Part shown: piece by piece, positions 5,644-9,912 of the stretch | Numbering within the stretch: position 1 is the stretch's first letter | Layout: the number at the start of each line of letters is the position of its first letter | Source: Candidatus Woesearchaeota archaeon | GTDB taxonomy: Archaea > Nanobdellota > Nanobdellia > Pacearchaeales > GW2011-AR1 | DNA: 9,912 nt | Assembly: GCA_964485045.1 (NCBI GenBank) | Contig: CAZAGO010000019.1 | Location: 3,100 to 13,011 of the forward strand | Direction of reading: 5' to 3' | Made by a program: the position numbers and the translations under genes | Notes under the pieces: generated by a model | What the model was told of the DNA's origin: nothing | The model's input: only the letters and a program-made list of their open reading frames with translations | Databases searched by the model: none

Positions 5644-7236
5644 TTAGATAGTCTTAGGAAGATTTAAAGAAAGTTTACTTAATTTCAAAGCCTTTTTTTC
5701 CTCTTCTTCTCTCTTTCTCCTTGCCTCATCTTTTCTTCTCTTTTTAATAAAGAATATCGCAAATATTATTAGTAGAATTAATATTCCTATAAGAATAAGA
5801 ACAATAATCCACATAACAACGGAAACTGTTTCTAATTGAAAAGTATCTGAACTAACTGCAATTTTATCTTCATATATTATTTTAGAATAAAAGACATACC
5901 TTCCCATTGGTATGCCTTCTGGGACTTTTAAAGCAACTTTCTTTACAAAGATATCTTTTTGAATAGTAACATTTTCAACTCTTGAATTATAAACAATATT
6001 GTTAAAATCCATAATTCCATACTCAATAGCAACATTTACCGATGGAACATCACCAATATTTAAGGCTCTAATTTCTGCAGAAGCTAGGCCCCCTGGAAGG
6101 ACGTATTTTTTAAGAGTGGTTGTTTTAGTGTCAAAAAGAGTTGATAATTCTTGAACCTTTATTCCTAAATCTACAGAAGCGCTTATTCTTCCAGAAGTAA
6201 AGGTAATTTTTCCTGTATACAACTCTGCTCTATTCCTAGCAGAAGCATAAACATGGAAATTATAAATTCTAGATTCGCCCGGCCTTAAAACAAAACTTCT
6301 CTCCCCTAATCTAATGAATTGTGAAATGATTTGAGATGAAGACACACTTACCGTTAAATTTGTTTTTCCTTGATTAACCACAGTTACTTCTCTTGGATAA
6401 AGCTTTCCTTTCTCTATATCTATTAGATCAGATTTAGGAAGGACATACAGAATAGACTTTGTTGTTTCGTTCGGAGAAGTAAAATTTCTTCCTCCAATAG
6501 CTCCTCCCCCTCCTCCAGAGCTTCCTCCACCTTCTTCATCTTCATCAGGAGGGCAAATCCCGCAATCTTCAGGACAAGAAGAACATATCTCTCCATTATT
6601 ACAAATTCCATCACCACAATATGGAACTTCTACCTCAGAAAGAGAATATGTTGTCAAAGCGGAATGTTCCAAGTATAATACTTGAAATACAACTGTTCCA
6701 CCAGAATGACTAACAATACTACAAATACTTCCAGGACAAGATACTCCATTTCTTAAAATTTTAGGAGAAGGATAATCTATCCCATAAAAAGTAATTTTTG
6801 CTGAAACATTCAAACTTGAAAGATTTGGAGAACGAACAGAAAGAAGATTTTCAGAAATATTAAGATTAGAATCTATATTTACAACTCTATCATAAAGAGT
6901 TCCTGTAGGGCTATAAGTATCTTTGGTTAAATTAATTTCTTCATCAAAAATAATTCTCCCATATCCAAATCTATCTAAAAGCATATCATCTATTTGCTCT
7001 AATTCAAAATTACCCAAAGAATAAAAATCGGTAGTTTCTCCATCAAAATTATTTACTAAAACAAATATCTTTTGAGACTCACTTATTCCAAAAGAAATCT
7101 CCGCATCTTTTGAAACGGAATATCCTGTTAGAGATAAATCTTCAAAAAGAGAAGAAACAAAAAAAGAATTAAAAAAGAGGATATTTACAAACAAAAAAAT
7201 AAATCTAAACAAGATTAAACCTCTTTTACAATCCAT
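5644..7236 (-). CDS. Large type-I membrane-anchored surface protein of unknown family. Order of elements: signal/anchor, N-terminal domain, Cys-rich knot, acidic/poly-Gly hinge, two beta-sandwich-like modules, TM helix, charged cytoplasmic tail.
   Basis: 530 aa. Elements by residue:
- Hydrophobic N-terminus, res ~7-30.
- CGDGICNNGEICSSCPEDCGICPP, res 207-230.
- DEDEEGGGSSGGGGGAIGG, res 231-249.
- CARDB-like strings (EVTVVNQGKTNLTVSV...LRPGESRIY...YTGKITF and LKVPEGIPMGRYVFY).
- TM helix, res ~474-497.
- Tail KKRRKDEARRKREEEEKK.
- About 8 N-x-S/T sequons. Confidence 0.8.
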   Translation of the reverse strand: MDCKRGLILFRFIFLFVNILFFNSFFVSSLFEDLSLTGYSVSKDAEISFGISESQKIFVLVNNFDGETTDFYSLGNFELEQIDDMLLDRFGYGRIIFDEEINLTKDTYSPTGTLYDRVVNIDSNLNISENLLSVRSPNLSSLNVSAKITFYGIDYPSPKILRNGVSCPGSICSIVSHSGGTVVFQVLYLEHSALTTYSLSEVEVPYCGDGICNNGEICSSCPEDCGICPPDEDEEGGGSSGGGGGAIGGRNFTSPNETTKSILYVLPKSDLIDIEKGKLYPREVTVVNQGKTNLTVSVSSSQIISQFIRLGERSFVLRPGESRIYNFHVYASARNRAELYTGKITFTSGRISASVDLGIKVQELSTLFDTKTTTLKKYVLPGGLASAEIRALNIGDVPSVNVAIEYGIMDFNNIVYNSRVENVTIQKDIFVKKVALKVPEGIPMGRYVFYSKIIYEDKIAVSSDTFQLETVSVVMWIIVLILIGILILLIIFAIFFIKKRRKDEARRKREEEEKKALKLSKLSLNLPKTI

Positions 7237-7252
7237 TGTTAAAAAAGACCAA

Positions 7253-7264
7253 TTTATTTTAAAT
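7253..7264 (-). promoter_or_regulatory. TATA-box candidate for the 530-aa surface protein gene
   Basis: The minus strand reads ATTTAAAATAAA. The core octamer is centred about 23.5 nt upstream of the ATG at 7236. Confidence 0.35.
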
Positions 7265-7270
7265 ACCTTT

Positions 7271-7684
7271 CTAGAAAAGGAAAAAATCTTTTTTCAAATA
7301 AACTTTAAACTTTCCAGAATAATTCCCATACACTGCTGAAACTGGAACAGTTGCAGAAATTAAAATTATTTTTTCTTCATAGGGTTTAATCTTTATTTTT
7401 TCTTCAAAAATAAGAAAACTAGAAATATTCCCTTCAGAATTAAAAAAAGCTACGACTGGAAAAGAATAATTACTTTTTATCATCAAACTACGAGAAGCAT
7501 TAAGCCCAGGAGAAACTGTTCCGAAAGAAAGGATATTTCCTGCTTCAAAACCTGCTATCTCTTCAACTTTCAAAAAGATAGGGAATTCTTCCTCTATTAA
7601 TATAGAAGACATATTAAAAAAAATAAAAAAAGCTAAAAATAAAAGAAAGAATAAAATAAATAATCGTTTTTTAATTAAATCCAT
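7271..7684 (-). CDS. Small secreted or N-terminally anchored single beta-sandwich-like protein of unknown family
   Basis: 137 aa. The N-terminus is hydrophobic (res ~8-24). It then has LSFGTVSPGLNASRSLMIKSN ... ATVPVSAVYGNYSGKFKVYL, the same 'FG...VP-x5-G-x-Y-x-G' module pattern as its neighbours. It carries 5 N-x-S/T sequons and starts 12 nt after the stop of the upstream gene. Confidence 0.65.
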   Translation of the reverse strand: MDLIKKRLFILFFLLFLAFFIFFNMSSILIEEEFPIFLKVEEIAGFEAGNILSFGTVSPGLNASRSLMIKSNYSFPVVAFFNSEGNISSFLIFEEKIKIKPYEEKIILISATVPVSAVYGNYSGKFKVYLKKDFFLF

Positions 7685-7696
7685 CTTAAAATATAT

Positions 7697-8857
7697 TTAT
7701 TTTTTACGAAAATATTTTTTTAAAACAAATATAACTAACACAATTAAAAGTATAATTCCTACACTTATTCCTAGAATGATTTTCCAATTAAGAGATTTTT
7801 TTATAAATTCTACACTAACCAATTCACCAGAACTCTTCCCTACATCTTTTCCATAATAAAAGAATGTTATATTTGCATCATAAACCCCTTCAATAAAATA
7901 AGAAGTATCAAAATAACCTGTAATAGTTTTTAATTCCCAAGGATTTAAATTTGTTGAAGAAGTTTTGAAAAAAAGTATTTCCGATGTTTCATTTAAAAGA
8001 GAAACATCAGCGTATATTCCATCAATCTTATCATTCCATCCGCTTTCAATTTCAATATTAAACTTCTGTATTTTTTTGTCTATAATAAATTGATTGGTAT
8101 AATTTTTCAGAGATATTGCTAGTTCGCCTATTCTAAAAAAAGTATTTTCACGAGAAGGATAATCTCCTCCATATTCTACACTTAAAACTCCATTATATCT
8201 ACCAGAATTAAAAGAAGATGTTTCTAAATGTTTACGAAGAGAAATTTTTTGAGTTGGATCCAAACTTCTTTCTTCTAAATAAAGTGTTTCAACTAATTCA
8301 CTACTTTGATTTGAAAATATTTCTATCTTTGGAAAAATTGCAACCTTCTCTTTACCTCTATTTGTTACATCAAATTTAAATTCAAGACTTTCTCCTATAT
8401 TTACATCCTCTGAAGTAAAAGAAGATATTTCAACATACTTTCCAGGATAAGGAACATAGACTGAAATTAAAACTTTTATTTCTATAGCCGTTCCTATAGT
8501 GCTTTTTAGAAGTTCCTCATCAACTGCTTCTTTTACCCCTATAAGAAGCGTATGTTTTCCTGGTTTTTCTATTACTGAAGGAAAAGTTAAATTAACTCTA
8601 AAAGAACCATCTCCTAATAATTCTTTTTTATCTATACTAACATATTCTGATAAATCCCCTTCAGAGTAAATAGAATAAACAGTATTAGGATTTGCTCCAG
8701 AAAGAGAATAATCTATACTCTCTTTTAAATTTGGTTGAAAATTAATTGAATAGCTAGCAGGTGTTATCCCCAGCGCGGATGAAAAAGTTATCAGAAATAA
8801 AAATAAAAAGAAAATTAAAAAAATTCTTTTTAAAAAAAATGAATCAAATTTCACCAT
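7697..8857 (-). CDS. Type-I membrane-anchored surface protein with three beta-sandwich-like modules, unknown family
   Basis: 386 aa. The signal peptide has an SSA|LG-like cleavage context (res ~10-29). I see three modules of roughly 100 aa; modules 2 and 3 are CARDB-like (FKFDVTNRGKEKVAIF...GRYNGVLSVEYGGD and GVYDANITFFYYGKD). A TM helix at res ~357-379 is followed by KKYFRKK. There are 5 sequons. Confidence 0.8.
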   Translation of the reverse strand: MVKFDSFFLKRIFLIFFLFLFLITFSSALGITPASYSINFQPNLKESIDYSLSGANPNTVYSIYSEGDLSEYVSIDKKELLGDGSFRVNLTFPSVIEKPGKHTLLIGVKEAVDEELLKSTIGTAIEIKVLISVYVPYPGKYVEISSFTSEDVNIGESLEFKFDVTNRGKEKVAIFPKIEIFSNQSSELVETLYLEERSLDPTQKISLRKHLETSSFNSGRYNGVLSVEYGGDYPSRENTFFRIGELAISLKNYTNQFIIDKKIQKFNIEIESGWNDKIDGIYADVSLLNETSEILFFKTSSTNLNPWELKTITGYFDTSYFIEGVYDANITFFYYGKDVGKSSGELVSVEFIKKSLNWKIILGISVGIILLIVLVIFVLKKYFRKK

Positions 8858-8880
8858 ATTAAATAAACTAAAAATAAGTT

Positions 8881-8890
8881 TTTATATATT
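8881..8890 (-). promoter_or_regulatory. TATA-box candidate for the 386-aa/137-aa gene pair
   Basis: TTTATATATT lies in the 45-nt spacer. The TTTATATA core is centred 27.5 nt upstream of the ATG at 8857. Confidence 0.4.
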
Positions 8891-8902
8891 GCGTATAAAA
8901 AA

Positions 8903-9514
8903 CTAATCTATAACTGTTGCTGTAGCAGTAATTACACTTCCTTTCGCACCTTTCACTGCATCTTGAGGAACATTTAATTGAACATCAATATCTAAAGTGT
9001 CCTGAGCATCATAATAAGTAAAATTATCACATCCTGCTTGAGAGACTCCCGTAGCTGTAGCATAAGTACTAGCCAAACCAGTTGTACAAGAACTAGATTC
9101 ATTTTCAGTGACCTTTATCTGATATACAGGACTACTTCCTCCAATAAACCCTGCAGCAGTATTTGAAGTGGTTAAATTAAGCTGAATATTACAATTTCCA
9201 TCATTTCTTACAGTCAATCCCTGATCAACAACACTCCAATTTCCATCTGTAACTGTACCCTCTGAATTTAAAACAGCATAAATTGCAGTTTCATTCACTC
9301 TTCCTATTCCCCAATTAATTATATTTGTAGGAAAAGTTATAGATGCTTGAGAAACTATACTTAAATTTGCAGTTCCAATCCCCGTGGCATAACCTGTCAA
9401 AAGAGGTGTTCCTCCCATTTTATAAAAAGTAACCCCAATATTAGCCAATGCAAAGAATATAAGAATAAGGGCAAAAACAAAAAAAAATTTATTCAACTTT
9501 TTTTTCTCAATCAT
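8903..9514 (-). CDS. Secreted Thr/Ser/Gly/Asn/Ala-rich beta protein (203 aa). It is a candidate surface-fibre or coat subunit of unknown family.
   Basis: A Lys-rich n-region and hydrophobic segment (res ~10-31) are followed by LLTGYATGIGTANLSIVSQASITF...INWGIGRV...TVRNDGNCNIQLNL...DVQLNVPQDAVKGAKGSVITATATVID. It has 6 N-x-S/T sequons, 4 Cys and no C-terminal anchor. Its start is coupled to the upstream ORF by an ATGA overlap (9511-9514). Confidence 0.75.
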   Translation of the reverse strand: MIEKKKLNKFFFVFALILIFFALANIGVTFYKMGGTPLLTGYATGIGTANLSIVSQASITFPTNIINWGIGRVNETAIYAVLNSEGTVTDGNWSVVDQGLTVRNDGNCNIQLNLTTSNTAAGFIGGSSPVYQIKVTENESSSCTTGLASTYATATGVSQAGCDNFTYYDAQDTLDIDVQLNVPQDAVKGAKGSVITATATVID

Positions 9515-9750
9515 ATTTTATTAAATCCTTGTAAGATTGCCCCCATTCCTTGTATTATTAATCCCACTTGAGCAGAACTAGAATCAATCGGTTTAGAACT
9601 ATTCTTTGAAAAATAATTGCATCCAGATTCAAAACAAATAGAAAGACCTATGGAAAAAACAGAAAGAACAATTGCAAAAATCAACAAAACAATTATAATT
9701 CTTTCATTTATTTCGGAACATTTTTTTTCACTCTTTTTGAATGATTTCAT
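9511..9750 (-). CDS. Small single-pass membrane protein (79 aa), first gene of the transcription unit that contains the 203-aa protein
   Basis: A basic N-terminus (MKSFKKSEKK) is followed by a TM helix (IIIVLLIFAIVLSVFSIGLSI) and a Ser-rich tail. A TATA octamer lies 25.5 nt upstream. Its stop overlaps the next start (ATGA). Confidence 0.5.
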   Translation of the reverse strand: MKSFKKSEKKCSEINERIIIVLLIFAIVLSVFSIGLSICFESGCNYFSKNSSKPIDSSSAQVGLIIQGMGAILQGFNKI

Positions 9751-9771
9751 AAGTGATAAGAGACTTTCTCC

Positions 9772-9779
9772 TTTATAAA
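9772..9779 (-). promoter_or_regulatory. TATA-box candidate for the 79-aa/203-aa gene pair
   Basis: TTTATAAA is centred 25.5 nt upstream of the ATG at 9750, within a 48-nt spacer. Confidence 0.45.
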
Positions 9780-9798
9780 TATTTCTTCATACTAACAT

Positions 9799-9912
9799 TT
9801 ACTTCTTTTTCTTTTTTAAAACTACAAACCAAATAACATTTGAAAGAATTAATAAAATGACTATTGCTATCAAAATATTTGTTAAATTAAGCTTTCCTCC
9901 TCCTCTAACTAC
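9799..9912 (-). CDS. 3' end of a further membrane-anchored protein (partial, continues beyond the right window edge; not in the ORF track)
   Basis: Hand translation of the minus strand from 9912 gives VVRGGGKLNLTNILIAIVILLILSNVIWFVVLKKKKK*, with TAA at 9801-9799. This is the same C-terminal 'TM helix + Lys tail' architecture as the 386-aa and 530-aa proteins. Confidence 0.5.
   Translation of the reverse strand, partial: VVRGGGKLNLTNILIAIVILLILSNVIWFVVLKKKKK

Noticed and set aside
5644-5817. PGF-CTERM/archaeosortase or other C-terminal sorting signal in the anchored proteins
   Set aside because: The residues preceding the C-terminal TM helices (…QLETVSVV, …KKSLNWK, …KLNLTN) contain no PGF, PEF or LPXTG-like motif. 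The 33-residue charged tail of the 530-aa protein is too long for a cleaved sorting signal. Plain type-I anchors are more likely.
6423-6617. 64-aa minus-strand ORF in an alternative frame of the 530-aa gene
   Set aside because: It is an out-of-frame reading of the Cys-knot and Gly-hinge region. The E/L-rich translation is a by-product of the purine-rich tract, and the main frame is continuous through it.
9479-9505. A9 and T8 homopolymer tracts at the 5' end of the 203-aa gene as slipped-strand phase-variation switches (similar A7-A8 runs lie near the 5' ends of the 137-, 386- and 530-aa genes)
   Set aside because: The runs simply encode Lys (AAA) and Phe (TTT) in signal-peptide n- and h-regions. 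Comparable runs occur throughout this AT-rich window, including in housekeeping genes and spacers. Without population data there is no evidence of length variation.
8903-9514. Type IV pilin or archaellin (class III signal peptide) interpretation of the 203-aa protein
   Set aside because: The N-terminus (MIEKKKLNK-FFFVFALILIFF...) lacks the short charged leader ending in Gly/Ala directly before the hydrophobic helix that PibD/FlaK-type peptidases cleave. The window has no assembly ATPase, platform protein or prepilin peptidase gene.
5644-9912. Diversity-generating retroelement target or other hypervariation system acting on the surface genes
   Set aside because: The window has no reverse transcriptase. 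I also found no template/variable repeat pair, that is, no long near-identical repeats with A-specific mismatches.
1-9912. rRNA or tRNA genes, IS elements/transposases, integrases, toxin-antitoxin or known defence genes
   Set aside because: I saw no GC-rich structured islands standing out from the AT-rich background, no terminal inverted repeats, and no ORF with DDE/tyrosine-recombinase, nuclease-helicase or other defence-type motifs. A covariance-model scan (tRNAscan-SE, Infernal) would be needed for a definitive negative.

Overview
This is an AT-rich (by eye about 30% GC, not computed), very gene-dense archaeal window. Three things support an archaeal origin: a Kae1 with the archaeal/eukaryotic 'STAHTF' signature, a PH0525-type YchF-like GTPase, and TATA-like octamers centred about 24-28 nt upstream of most ATGs, which implies leaderless mRNAs. 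The small genes, short spacers and low GC suggest a small-genome (DPANN-like) archaeon, but that is inference only.

The left half (1-5600) holds housekeeping and conserved small genes:
- kae1, whose 3' end is tandemly duplicated at the window edge
- a sugar-phosphate nucleotidyltransferase-like gene
- a 49-aa lysine-tailed ORF absent from the ORF track, with a perfect Shine-Dalgarno
- DUF192-like, COG4900-like HExxH metallopeptidase, MBL-fold hydrolase, DUF167/YggU, a YkgJ-type Cys-cluster protein, a 70-aa orphan and ychF

The right half (5644-9912) is an uninterrupted minus-strand run of at least six genes. All of them encode only signal/anchor-bearing, beta-rich, sequon-rich proteins with no family I can name. 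Three are type-I anchored by a C-terminal TM helix plus a Lys/Arg tail. One is a 203-aa Thr/Ser/Gly/Asn-rich secreted protein coupled by an ATGA overlap to a 79-aa membrane protein.

This right-half locus is the best candidate for an undescribed system, namely a non-type-IV surface fibre or adhesion apparatus. The case rests on architecture alone. I saw no rRNA, tRNA, CRISPR, transposase, integrase or recognisable defence gene.
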